A stretch of DNA of 64,000 bases from Camelus dromedarius (GCF_036321535.1 NC_087437.1:97156001-97220000); one strand, 5' to 3'; shown: positions 40,460 to 53,560, counted from the first letter of the stretch. Notes: generated by a model from the letters alone, not told the origin. Translations and numbers: made by a program.

Positions 40460-40966
40460 TGTGTCATCTGACCTCAAAGATGTCCCGTTATGCCCTGTAT
40501 TCTGGTGTTTGTACATCTGTGTAGGTTCCTCTCAAACTGTGTTTAGGTTGGTTGATGTGACCAATAGAATATAGCAACAGTGATGGTGGGTTGCCTCTGA
40601 GGTCTAGTTTTACAAGACACTGTGGCTTCTGCCTTATTTTCCTGGATTACTCTCCAGGGGGGAAGCCAGCTGCTATGTCCAGAGAGGATCACATGGCAGT
40701 CAGTGAGAAACTGAAATCTCCTTTCATAGCCATGTGGGTGAACCATCTTAGAAACAGACCCTGCAGCCCCAGTCGAGCCTTCTGATGACTGCATTCCTCC
40801 ATACATCTTGGCTGTGGCCTCGTGAGAGACCTTGATCACACACCTAAGGCAATCTGAGATGACTAACGTTCAGAAATTGTGTGATTGTGCGAGATAATAA
40901 ATGTTTATTGTTGTAAGCCACTGAATTTTGGAGTAATTTTCTATGTAGCAAAATAAAATTAATACA
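40460..40966 (+). mobile_element. MLT1F-like MaLR solo LTR, near full length
   Basis: TG...CA ends, ggaagccagctgc, cagccccagtcgagccttctgatgactgca, aataaa; 5-bp TSD ctcac/ctcaa. Confidence 0.85.
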
Positions 40967-43399
40967 CTCAAGAAATCTGCTTTGAAAATATTATTTTTTT
41001 TAAAATCAAAATATTCTATACTAATGTCTTCAGTTCATTTAAATATCTTTAAGATTAAGAATCTTTAGAGCAAAGAGAACATTCTTAAATATAATTCTAT
41101 TTTTAAAATAATGTAATTACACTACTGATCTAAATCTTGTTATTTTAACCACATATTTTTCTAACATTTTGATTCCTATTTGAATATTATGCAGGTTTTG
41201 CACTATTTGAACAAAATCTAGGCTATTCCTCTAGTCTTATCTGAACACAACTCCTTATAGCTCTAGACATTTTGATATCCAGCCCTGAAGTCTAAACTCC
41301 ACATAACATGAATGACACACTCAACTTTCATGACTACCATTTGTCACACAACGTATTCCCTTCGCTTGTAGGTGGGATTCCAACAATCCTAAGCAACAAT
41401 TTCTAACACCTGTACCTAGAAGTCATCGCTGTACTTCTCATACTGATTTGTTTCTGCTCCTTGACCTTCTGATGTCCCCAAATATCAAAACCTAACAACT
41501 TTTTTATTTAAAATGAAATGCATGTAAATTCCTCTTTCATTAATATACCAATTTACGAACACATGCACATGGTCTTTATATTTAAAACAATAATCACAAA
41601 CAAAGCAAAAATTCCTTTATTTGATACCAGGCTAGTGCACAGCTCCCTCATTTGTCATTCTGGTATCACACAAGACTCATTTGGCATGAACAACCTTCTT
41701 CTTCACTGATTGGTCATTTTTTTTCAAAGGACCTCTTTGTTAGGTTAATATTTCTACTTACTTATACTTAAAACTATCTTGGGAATACTTTTTCACATTA
41801 TTTTGACCTACTAAGCTTAATTCACTGGCATTAGTGCTTACAAAATGTAGTCGTAAATACAGGATTCTTAGATTTACTATTTCTCCCATGTTTTTTACAA
41901 CCACAGTACATAGTATAATGTTTTTCCTAAAAATTTAAAACCTCACCACTTTTGTGATTCATCTGATTTTAAACACATAAAAGTCTTCCTTCATATTATA
42001 AAACCACCTTTTAGTCACTATAAGATACTTAAAAACTGTTACGTAGGTTTTTTTTAAAATATTTAATAACTAAGGCTTGGGTAACTTTTGAACATATTTT
42101 TTGTTTGGCTGAAAATAAAAGGCCTTTGGGTTGTGCTTTTATGAAGCTAAAGAAGTAAGCATATTTAAACAACATATTTCTTGAAAGAATGATTTATCTT
42201 TTGATCAACTTTTTCTGCATGGTCAGTGATGTTCAAATTATTCTGACATTTTAATTTTCTCAGAGGTAAGGCAAGTTGTTTCTTCTATCAGCTCAGTTAC
42301 TTAAGAAACACAAACACTTTATACCATAATTATAAGCTGAATTATTTAACGAAATATAAACAGATGAGTATTACTCTATTAGTCTGAGAAAGTTGGTTCA
42401 ATGGTAAGAGTTTTGTCATTTCACTAGTTAAAAAAAAAGATTCTATAAAATAAAAAAAAAATTAAATACACATATGTAAGTTTTTAAACTTTATAAGTGT
42501 TGTTTTTCAAACAACACATACACACATTCCAGCGGGGTAATTTATTTATTTGTCATACAACCACTGAGCGTTCATACTCTGTTTTAGGCACTGTGCTAGG
42601 TGTTCGGACTGAAAAGGCTAATGATTATACTCCCTATTTTTAGGCAGATTTTGATAACTGAACTGATGTGGAATGTCAAAATACAACATGTTCCCTACCA
42701 GGGGTAAAATAGGCCATTCAAAAGTCGCATTATCAATTTAATATTAGAAAAACAAATAAGCGGGCTAGTGGAACTCCCTATAGAGTGAATCTGAGAATAC
42801 TGCATCTGTAAAATCTCACCTACCAGTGTTGTGAACTTTCAGGTACATCACGTTATATAAATGAAAAGTTGAGGACACATGGTTAAGCCTAGAAGGAGGT
42901 GAGTGACAATTACTCCTGAATCTAGATCCAGCATGCCTGAGCTAGTAGTGTCAGAAGTTTCAAGTATCTATGGCTTTTTATTCATGCCTGAATAATTATG
43001 TCATGCCCACTCTTTTTTATGTTCAATCAGTATCAGTTAACTTTTTTCACAAAATTCTGTGGGATACCAACCAATTTGAATGTGATGCTCAAGTAATCAT
43101 CTAATTACTTATCCAAGGTTATGGTGCCTACTTCATAGTAGGTCTGCAATTAATGTTGGAAGAATACACTGAATGAATATCTAGAGACAGTTCATAAAAG
43201 AAATTTGAATCTGATAATATCAGAATTCTGTTGCCCATGGAAATTATTAATTATATCATGTCTTGTAGTTATCAGCACTTCAACATGGCCCAGAGATATA
43301 AGAAATACAAAGTTTGCTGTGTAGGTGTGAATGTGAATATTTCTGTGATCAGTAAAAACCACTCAAATGTAAGGAAGAATCGTGATGATTAGGTAGGAA

Positions 43400-43644
43400 A
43401 CCATGCTGTTACAATGTATTATACAGATTAACTTAGAACTCTGAAACTAATTCACTCTACACACCTGCAACTCTGTACCCTTTGACCAACACTTCCCATT
43501 TCTCCCACCTCTTGTGACCGCTTTTCTACTCTCCGCTTCTACATTTTTCTGCTTTTTGGGATTCCACATATAAGTGAGATCTTGTAGTATTTTTCCTTCT
43601 GTGTCTAGCTTATTTCACTTAGCATAATGTCTTTCAGCTTCAAC
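43400..43644 (-). mobile_element. L1MA-type fragment, antisense (inverted segment)
   Basis: ctgtaccctttgaccaacacttcccatt...attccacatataagtgagatc...gcttatttcacttagcataatgtc. Confidence 0.85.
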
Positions 43645-43732
43645 TATTATTTCACTATGTAAATGCATATCAAAACATCATATTGTACATTGTAAATATT
43701 TATAATTTTATTTTAAAGGATAATAAAAAAAG
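43645..43732 (+). mobile_element. L1MA-type extreme 3' end with A-rich tail
   Basis: tttcactatgtaaatgcatatcaaaacatcatattgtaca...aattttattt resembles the L1 end at 61560-61630. Confidence 0.75.
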
Positions 43733-45229
43733 AACTTGAGGACCATTAAAAAATCATAAGGATGTTTATTAAACTACTGAAGAGTCACTAAACTCATTCT
43801 ATTTTGTTAAAATGCAACAGCCTATTTTATAGTAATTCCTAGTTTTAATTTAGTTGAGGATGAATAGTATATTGAAAAGGGGACACATGATGCACCTAGA
43901 ATAGTAAAATAAATATATGAATTACATATAGGTATAAAGCCGGAAAACTATGTTAGTCATATATTTTCCCATAAACCTGACTTGTAAGAATATACATTGT
44001 TTCCCAATGTCCCTAAAAATTAAGTGGGTTAGTATATATTGATATGGATTAAAATATAATATTACAACACATCTAACCATGCATTAGAAATAAATAGAAG
44101 AAAAGAAAAAAGAGGCTTCTGATCAAAGATACAAATATTGTGGGAAGGGTTAAATCAGTTTAAAAACAGATGGAATCCGCAAGATATTTTGAAAAGAGAA
44201 TAGTCAGATTTTATATAGTTTTGATCATTGAAGAACTTTGTGTGCCTAAATGTTGCCTAGAAGACCACTCTTTAATATCACATTCATATGATACAGTCAA
44301 GGGCAAAGGTAACACCCCATAATGGTCTTAGGGAAGTGGCATTACCTACCTGTCAGAAGTAATAGGTGGGAACCAGGGTGGATGCTAGTAAAGGAACATA
44401 GAAGATATATGAGACAAACTGAACACCTGGATGCCTTCTGTAGTTAAACATGAACACATATCCACTCTTTCTTGCTTTTGCCACCAATCAAGTGCTTTTG
44501 ATGCACTGAAAAAAGTTTCACTGTCACAGTGCCCTGGGCAGATGGGCCAGGAATCTGAACAGTCTAGGCTGACTGTTAATTGAGATTGCTCTCCTTGCCT
44601 CAACCATCCCCCAAAGTAATAGAGTCAGTCTTGAGTCAGGAGCAGAGCAGGGAGGGAGCACCTCAGTCCTGTCTAAACTGACAACGTTCCAAATGGGCAA
44701 GATGCCACATTAGCAGATGGCATAAAACCAGCACCCTGGAAGAAAATAAATGTATCCCCTGATTTATAGCTGTATCTACTGTCAAAGAATGTTGAAGTTG
44801 CAGTTTCTGTAAATCTTGTGCCTCTAAGTTTATGGAGATGAGACATTTAGTTCAGCTAAGAGTTCATTAAATTTAAATTGGAGCAAGAGAGGCTGTGATG
44901 TGTTCTACTTGGTTTGACTTTAATATTCTTGCTTTTGTGGAAAAACTAATTGTTCTTCTGAAAGATTTTTCTGATGTTTGCCAAATTGTTACATATTATT
45001 TTCATCATACCAAACAGGTAAATCAAGAAGAAACTTAGAATGTATTCCGAAAGCCAAAGAACATATATTTATTGAACTGATAATTATATAGCACCAGGAA
45101 CTGTCCTATGTGCTCTAAAATATAATTTCCATCCTTATAATACTCCTAATAATCAATCCTAATAATAGTTTTCCACAAATGTTAGTTCTTTGTCTCTCTG
45201 TTTGTTTGTTTTTTTCCCCACCCAGGCAA

Positions 45230-45495
45230 GGATAGCCACTACCTTCTCTCTACTCCTATAATCTACCCCAAAAGCACAGATCTGTAGATTGGATGTAGCA
45301 TATATCACATTGTATTGTTGTTAAGACTAGATATAGATATAGATATAGATATAGATGATATAGATATAGATATAGATCCACTTAATTGTGAGCCCTGGGA
45401 GAGTAAACCTTGATCTTATTTTTGAATCCACAAGAACTAACATATGCTAGGCATAAATTAGGAAGTGAACGGATATTTGTTAGAGAAGTGAATTA
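45230..45495 (+). mobile_element. L2 3' end containing a microsatellite
   Basis: atcacattgtattg...ttgtgagccctgggagag...ggatatttgttagagaagtgaat. Confidence 0.55.
45328..45377. repeat. (TAGATA)n microsatellite, one interruption
   Basis: Read directly. Confidence 0.95.
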
Positions 45496-47859
45496 ACATT
45501 CATTATCTTTATCCTTCAGGGTACTGAAATTTTGAATTGGATCTTTCAGTCTTAAGGTTTGGGGTAGGGAGTCCAAGGAGAAATGTGTCTTAGATACCAC
45601 TCTAAGGCACCCGAGGGGGGACTGAAGTGCCAGAGTGGCTGGTGCCATGTGATCAATACCACCATTGTGATCACCATGGGCAGCTCGGAAGGGGAGACCA
45701 GTAAAACAGCTTCAGTAAGTGACAGTTCCCTCATTAGCGTGGTTATTTGGCTTATTTCAATAGAATATTAAATAGAATATTATTCTATATTCTAGTGCAA
45801 TAGAATATTAACCCCAAAGTTCTATCCCATCTTTTTCGCCCAATAATAGTCAAATGTGAAATCTAGTCTAATGTAGAAACTCTTAATTTATTGACAATTT
45901 TATGAAATATATTTGTTTTTAGGAACCAAACTGTATTTTGTCCCTGCAAAAAACAAAACCGAAAAAGCAATTGTATTGTTGTTCTTTTGTGACTTTGTTA
46001 GAACAGAGTTAGAATATTAGTGTTTGATAGGCAAAGCCCTAACCCTTTAAGTACTGAAGCATTTTAACAATATCATGAGTCTAAAAACATTTGTTTCCTA
46101 TCCTTTTCTCAATTAAAATCTACACTATCATTACCATCTTAAGTAGATGAACAAGTGTTGGTGATCTTTTAAAATTATTCAGATACTACTATAAAATGTC
46201 CCTTTGCAATCCCTAAGAACTTAAATTATTTTTCCCAAACATTTTTTCTATAATATGAAAATATGCAATATAATGATTCCATCTCCTTTTCTTTTCCTTT
46301 TGGAGGAATCCACAGGGTTGAGCAATCATGCTTTTTAATGACTTTTTATGTGATAGAATCATTATAAAGATGTTTAACATGAATGCCTGGAACCTATGGG
46401 GAGGAGAGAGACCAGGTATTTGGGCAGATGGAACTTAAAAGGTCTAGTATATTTTAATATTTTCTGCTGAATAGACACAGACTACTGAAGCAGAAACACC
46501 ACCTGGTTCCTTATTTCATACCGTAAATATAAACTGAGAAAAAACTTATCCATTTCACAGCCAGTTAAAACTAGTTAAAAACAGTTATAACTAGTTACAC
46601 ATTTGAAATTTAAGGTAAATATTGCAGACTGATTTCCCCAAAAGCAGAGTGTCTATATTTTTTAAATCTGAAAATTCAAAAAACGTATGTAAAGTATTCA
46701 CATTCAAGGTTGCACTTGCGGCTTCTAAAACCGGAGAAGAGAGGTACATTCTAATCAGGGTGATGATTAAGATGTTCATGCTAAGATATTCACCTAAAAG
46801 CCAGAATCTTGGAATAAATCGGAAAATAAACCCTGCTTATTTTAAAAGACATCTTTAACATCAGATTATTTTGCAAAAAAATGACATAATTGTAATAACT
46901 ATACAATAACTACAGCAAGCATTGATCCTATTTCATGGAGGGCAGCAAAATGTATTGCTTAATAGTGAGTATTGATTATGTGGATGGCATCTGATAAGAC
47001 ACGTTTTCTCCGTATGTTTACTGGACTGGCAGTCTATAGGAATGACCTCCTGACATCACGACTGGGAATTGTTCTTCCATTTTCTTCAAACCTCTTGAAA
47101 TCATAACTTGACTCAGGCCTTTAGTTTTTCCACAGATACAGGTCTATTTCTGGTAACTCATCTTTGCTGACCTTGCATTTGCAGTAAGTTTCACAATTTA
47201 AAATATATCCACCAACCCGCCATGGTCTGCTCGTCATCTTTTTCCTTGACCATTTCACTAAGAGCAGCTGCAACCTAGATCTATCACTTTTATATCCAAG
47301 CATGATACTCTATCCCTTCCAGTTGCCTCTGTGGTTTCCAGCACTATCAGTTGCACAAATTCATTAGGCTTAAAGGTCAAAACCACTGACCAGACTGTAT
47401 AATAATTGTCAGAAAGTAAGAACACAGTGGTAGAAATGGTCCCTGATGCAAAAAAGCACACATAACAGAGGACAGTCATGCAGAGCACTAATTGCCGAGG
47501 GCATTTGCATTATGATGTGCTAATTAAAATGCTACTGATCAATTTTAAATAGTCAGGCTGGGAGTATAAGTACAGTCAGGCTGGGAGTATAGAATAACAG
47601 TCAAGGAATGGGAAAATACGTATCAGCAGGGAACAGTAACATTAGTGTGCATGTGTGGGCATGAGTGTGTGTTGTCAAATAAGCAGTTAGACACATCTTG
47701 CCTGTCTTCTTTATGGAGTCGAATTCCTACCTTTCTGTCTTCTCAGCTCCTGCTTTTGGTATTAACACCATCAAAGTGATGTATACATCACTGGGCAGGA
47801 ATCCTTTCATCGTTGAGTGAAATTTCAAAGATATTTCTATCTCTATAAAATCAATATCC

Positions 47860-48390
47860 TGTAATCCATTACTCTCACATCTCCTCCTCAAGCATTTTCT
47901 TTCACACTTGTCTCTTCTGTTCCCACAAACTTCAGCTTCTCATACTTTGAAATCTACCAGCCTATTTCTCTAACTATAGACAAATTTGATTTCATCTTTA
48001 AAACAAAAGAAAAGCAAAAGAAACCACAATAAACATCCCCATCATCTAACCTTCTTCCTACTCTCTCATGTTTTATTCTTTTAGATTCCAAGATTCTCTG
48101 AATTGCATTCGATCTTTCCTCTTAACTCACTATGGTCTGCTTTTATGACAAAGCACTCTAATGAAAATCTACATTAAAAATAAAAGATCTATTCCTATTT
48201 TTATATCCAGCACTCATTTTTCCTTGTTATCTATGATCTCCACAGAAAATTTCTCTCTCTTGGTCATTTTTGTTTTCTTTCCATATTTCCAGAGTTCCAA
48301 CTCCCCAGTACCCTTTCCAAGTTTCCAAGTATTCCATGACTATTTCCTTTGCTGGCTCCTCTTCAGATTCCTTAACAGTGGATATACTTT
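47860..48390 (+). mobile_element. L2 internal fragment
   Basis: cactatggtctgcttttatg...tttcctttgctggctcctcttc. Confidence 0.45.
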
Positions 48391-48407
48391 ATAACTGAGG
48401 AATTTGA

Positions 48408-48988
48408 TTTTTTTAAAACGTCCGTTTATTTATGTTAAGGACATATAACCTGACATCTACCCCCCTAACAAATTTTTAAGTTTATATTACATTATTTTTT
48501 TACTATAGGTATAATGCTGTACCAATCTCTAGAGCCTGTTTATCCGGCTTAACTGAAACGTCATGCCCACTGATGAGTAACCACTATTTTCCCCTCCTTG
48601 TAGCTCGCCACCACCATTCTGCCACAAGTTTGACTATTTAGGTACCTCCTGTGAGTGGAAGCATGCAGCATTTCTTTCTGTGACTGGTTTATTTCACCTA
48701 GCACAATGTCCTCAGGGTTCATGCTTGTTTTCATATACTGCAGAATCTCTAAGTCTGAAAACGATTCTATTGTATGTACACACCATGTTTTCTTTATCCA
48801 TTTATCTGTTGATGGACATTAGGCTGTTTGTCACATCTTGGATATAATGAACCATAATTAACATGGGAATGCTAATATCTCTTAGAGATCTTGATTTCAG
48901 TTCTTTTGGATAGATACTCAGAAGTGGGACTGCTGAGTCATACAGTGGTTCTATTTTATTTTTTAAAGAAACCTACATACTGTTTTCC
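48408..48988 (-). mobile_element. L1MA/MB-type 3' end (ORF2 end plus 3' UTR)
   Basis: T tract at left; tgactggtttatttcacctagcacaatgtcctcagggttcat; ttctttatccatttatctgttgatggaca. Confidence 0.9.
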
Positions 48989-49304
48989 TTTTCTTAACCT
49001 CAATTAATTTGGTCTCCCTTTCCCACTTTTCCTGAGGTTGGGTTTAAATTCTGTGGTTATTTAGTCTGTGCTCTGTAGTACCTAAGCATCAAAAGAAGAT
49101 CCTCTGGTCGTGTATGTCATCTGCGCTTGGTGGCAGTTACTGGTGTGTCTGTTGCCTCCTTCCGTCATCCGTGCAGGCTATGTCAAGACGTGTTTCATTC
49201 TTGTCTGCTGGCCCCTTCAGGTCCGACACAATCTCTGCTATTTCTGGGAGACTCTTGAGAGTTAAGACATTTTCACATCAATACCACATTTGGGTACAAG
49301 ACAT

Positions 49305-50214
49305 CTGTGTGATATACACCACGTTTTCTGTGTCTGTTCATTTCTTGGTTAGACACTTAGGTTGTTTCCATAACTTGACTATCGTGAACAATGCTGCAGT
49401 GGGGGTACGGATACTTCTTTAAGATAGTGATTTTGCTTCCTCTGGATGTCTTCCCAGAAGTGAGATTTCTGGATCATGTGGTAGTTTTATTTTTAAGTTT
49501 TCGAGGAGACTTCCTACTTGTGTTCCACAGTGGCTGCATCATATTGCTTTCCTATCAATAGTGTGCAAAGGTTCTAATTTCTCCACATCCTCAACACTTT
49601 TTGTTTGTTTGTTTTGATAACAGCTATCCTGCCAGGTGTAAGGTGATATCTTACTGTCATTTGGTTTACATTTCCCTGATGATTCCTGATGTTGAGCATC
49701 TTTTTTACATACCTGTTAGCCACTTGTATGGCTTCTTTGGAGAAATATTTATTCAGGTCCTTCACCATTTTTTAAAAGTTGGGTTGATTTTGCTGAATTG
49801 TAGGAGTTCCTTATATTCTGGAGATTAACCTCTTCTCAAATGTTTCATATGAACATTTTCTCCCATTCTGTAGTTTGCCTTTTCACTCTGTTGACTCTTT
49901 CTTTTGCAGTCCAGAAGCTCTTTGGTTTATTGTAGTCCCACTTGTTTATTTTTGTTTTTGTTGCCTGTACTTTTCCTGTCACATAAATGATCTCATTGTC
50001 AAGACCAATGTCATGAAGCTTTCCTCCTATGTTTTCTTCAAATAAATGTTACAGTTTCAGGTCTTACATGCAAGTCTTTAACCCATTTTGAGTTGATTTT
50101 TGTGTATAGAGTGAGATGAGGGTCCAGCTTTGCCCTTTTGAACGTGGATATCCAGTTTTCCCAACACCATTTGGTGAAGAGATTATCCTCTCCCCACTGG
50201 ATATTCTCGGCACC
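49305..50214 (-). mobile_element. L1 ORF2 C-terminal fragment (no 3' UTR)
   Basis: Minus-strand ORFs: [53 protein letters not shown]. Confidence 0.92.
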
Positions 50215-50967
50215 TGAGGTACACTTGATTTTAAAGCTAGACTGCACTTCAGATATCTTCTGCTCTAGGAAGGATGCTGCCAAAGTGGTATCATTCAAGT
50301 ACTGACAGAATACCTGCCAGCACTACACATCTTTGACAACTTGCGTTTAACAGAATTTTTCAAACTTTTTCAGAAATCTGATTCCCCCTCCCTTCTCTTC
50401 ATCCACAAACATTCAGACCCTTCCCATTTTTATTATAACAGTGTAAAAACATTCATTTGCATGCTTAAACACTAACACCTGGAAATATTTATGCTTCTCA
50501 CCTTCATCCATTTTTGTATAAAAGAATTAAAGAAAGAAGAGCTAAATCAGAAAGTGTCTTATTTCACCCAAATAGTTATGCTAATTGAGAAACTGGGCCT
50601 AAAATGTATACTTACTTAACTTCTCTCTCCTCATTTTGACACTTTTATTCTCAAATAAGGTAGCTTTAATACCTTACAAAAACTCCTTCACATGCACTGG
50701 TGGCTTTCAAGGGAAAAACAAAACAGTGTTTGGTTCTATTGAACACATTTTTTGAATGTGCACTCTGTTACAGACACTGGGTTTTGACTTTGGGTACAAA
50801 GAAGGTCTTTGTCCTTGAGGAACTTATAGTTTATTAGGAAAGTCAGAACTCTAAACAGATACTTTAAACATAGAATATAGTTCATTAATTCAGTCACCTT
50901 AAATTTATGAGTAACTGCTACATGCTCAGCACCTTTATTCTGGGTATTAAGGGTACCAGAGTGAACA

Positions 50968-50969
<2 letters not shown>

Positions 50970-51021
<52 letters not shown>
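50970..51021. repeat. Perfect (AT)26 microsatellite
   Basis: Read directly. Confidence 0.98.
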
Positions 51022-51024
<3 letters not shown>

Positions 51025-51116
51025 CTCTGGCTCATGGAAATTCAGATTGGCAAAAAAGATAGACAAATAATTACAAGTTAGAAGATATTTAGAAAGGGTA
51101 TCATTGGTACTATGGG

Positions 51117-51244
51117 AAGAATTGCTAGTTTTAGCGAGTGAAAATATAAAGGCTTCCAGTTAACTTTGAATTCAGGTGAACAATAAATAATCTTTTTAGT
51201 ATACGCATGTCCCATGCAGCCCTGTATTTTAAGTGGCATGTCTA
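51117..51244. mobile_element. MER53 with most of one arm deleted
   Basis: ccagttaactttgaattcaggtgaacaataaataatctttttagtatacgcatgtcccatgca joined directly to ccctgtattttaagtggca. Confidence 0.8.
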
Positions 51245-52399
51245 ACTTGGTTTGGGAGAGTCAGAAGGCTAAATACACATTGGCTAGGTAAAGGGTGGTG
51301 GTGAGATAAAAGGATTAAATTCTATTTCAGGCACATTGAACAGTATAAGTAGAAAGGCTCAAAGTTAGAAAAATCGAAAACAAAAAGAAAAATAAAACCA
51401 TAGCTCACTCAAGTATTAAAAAGGAGCCCCATGGGGTTGGGTTATAGAGTGAAAGGTGGATGAGAACTAATCCATGGAGATAGAAGAGACCAAGACTGTG
51501 CAGGATCTAGGCTGTTATTGATTTAGAACAATAAAAAGGTCAATGTTAGTGATATGCCTGGTTGTGATGGGAGACCAGAAAATTTCCAGAAAGGATTCTA
51601 GGTGGCTAGAATGTTGCGTTTACCAAGTTCTAATGCAGGTACCTGTGCTATGCACAACTTTGGGCCACTTCATAAAATGTATTTACTATACTGAAATACA
51701 ATTATCATATTTATAAGTTAAAGGAATAATGTAGGCACTTTGCTAAAAATGTTAAATATTGATATCTATTATCAGGCAAAATAACTATTACAATTTAAAA
51801 AGTTTAATGAACATGAATGCAAATTGTTTATATTATATGATTTATATATACTATGTGTATTGGATGACATTTATATAAGGTAATATGAAAGTATGATTTC
51901 TGCTCATGATGAATACAGAGATATTGCTAACTACCATGGTTTATTGCATATATTCATAAATGAAGAAGATACTAAATATTAGGATAATGAAAATAGAAGT
52001 GTAATCTTGTTTTATCCAAGATCCCAGCCACATGGATTCTATTCACGGACTCTTTGGAGGTCTTTGGACAAAGTCGAGGGCCTCTGCTCTGCTTGTCTCC
52101 ATTGTACCACAGTGGAATGATTAGTCTCTGTCCTCCTACAGTGTCAGGTGGGGCTGCATTTTTATCCAGTCTGGATAAAAACCTACCATTTATTAAGAAT
52201 CTACCATTCACAGTGCACTTGAAAATGACCATTAAAGATCATATGATAGGGATTTTTTGTTTTCTCATTTTTATTTATTTTTAATCATGTTTGTCACTTT
52301 ATATATTCAATGACAGAAGGTTAGGTGATTCCCCCCTTAATTTGACAATGCTGCTTATAAACTGTTAGATGTCTGCCACTAAATAAAACTCAGATCCTT

Positions 52400-53560
52400 T
52401 GAGGCTATGGCCATATGTCTAGTCTATTTTTACCATCTGGTTCATTGTCAACTACTGAACTCCTAGACACATCCTTTCATCAACTGGACACTTTAATATC
52501 TGGCTCACAACGATCCCTATAAGAGACTTCAAAATCCCCATGGATAGGAAACCATAACCCTAGTGTGTCTACTCCTTGATCTCATATCCAGTGGATTTAC
52601 TACTACTCACTTCCACCCCTTCTTAAGAGCATAACTTGTCATAACTTAGAAAGTTTGAATACAAAACATTCAATCTTCTGATCATCAACCCTTATCTCTC
52701 AATTTCTCTTTCTCAATACTCCCCCTTTTCCTGTTTTCAAATTCATCACATCTATTTACTCCTGTTCTCACTATTAGCCTATTTTTGTCTCTATCACTTG
52801 TCTATCCATTGTAAGTTCAGCTGCTCTCATGCAAATAGCCTCAACTTTCTTTTTCCGTGTTGTCGTTCTGTTGCATTTATCAGGCTATGTCAGCTCCCTG
52901 CCTTTGCCAAAGGACATCCTGGTTGCTGAGTGCTGCTGGGGAAAAATGTGACTGAATACTAGTGGCAGTACAACTTAAGGGTCCCGCCTGCCCTGAGGTT
53001 GGTTTGGTGTGGGTCTTGGTGGTTCTGATTTCCTTATCTGCTCTCTCTTCTGCTCTACAGAAGAGGGACCTTCTATTTCATTCTCCCCATTCCTTTCAAC
53101 TTGCAAAGTACCACCTTAAGTTTTAAGAGAACATAGAAGGTAAGATTAGATGGCAACTCCCTCACTCTGTGGTCAAATCTACAAACTTACCTGCATTTGT
53201 GTCTGTTGGCTTTACACTCCCTCCTGTTACAATGGGAGACATGGCTCACTACTTAAGGACAAATTACTTCACATATGGGCAGGATTTTTATCTCCTCTCA
53301 CATCATTAAGTATTCTCCTATGCTTTTCTCTCTTTTCTATCATGAACCTTCAGTAAAAATTTAAAATAAAATAGAAATAAAATGGAATAAAATAAAATAT
53401 GAAAAGAAGAATTTTCTTGTTGTCTTTAGTATACAAAAAAAAAAAACTTACCTTTTTCTTACCTTGACCTCTGACCTGCACCACCCATTTCTCCTCCCCT
53501 TCAAAACAAGGTTTTTCATGAGTGAGTTGACTAAAGTTGTCTTTTCTACATCCTTATCTC
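52400..53560 (+). mobile_element. L2 internal (ORF2-derived) long fragment
   Basis: ggttgctgagtgctgctggggaaaaa; ctcctgttacaatggga; acccatttctcctccccttca. Confidence 0.55.

Larger units (their letters stand above)
50735..51530 (-). mobile_element. L2 fragments interrupted by (TA)n and MER53
   Basis: cttgaggaacttatagttt; ttcattaattcagtca...atttatgagtaactgctacatgc; gggagagtcagaaggct. Confidence 0.6.

Noticed and set aside
47215..47275. Minus-strand protein-like stretch VAAALSEMVKEKDDEQTMA
   Set aside because: Purine-rich poor acceptor, poor donor, unrecognised peptide
47551..47618. Repeat-spacer pattern as a CRISPR-like array
   Set aside because: Eukaryotic DNA, 2-3 units, 5-7 bp spacers; a simple tandem duplication
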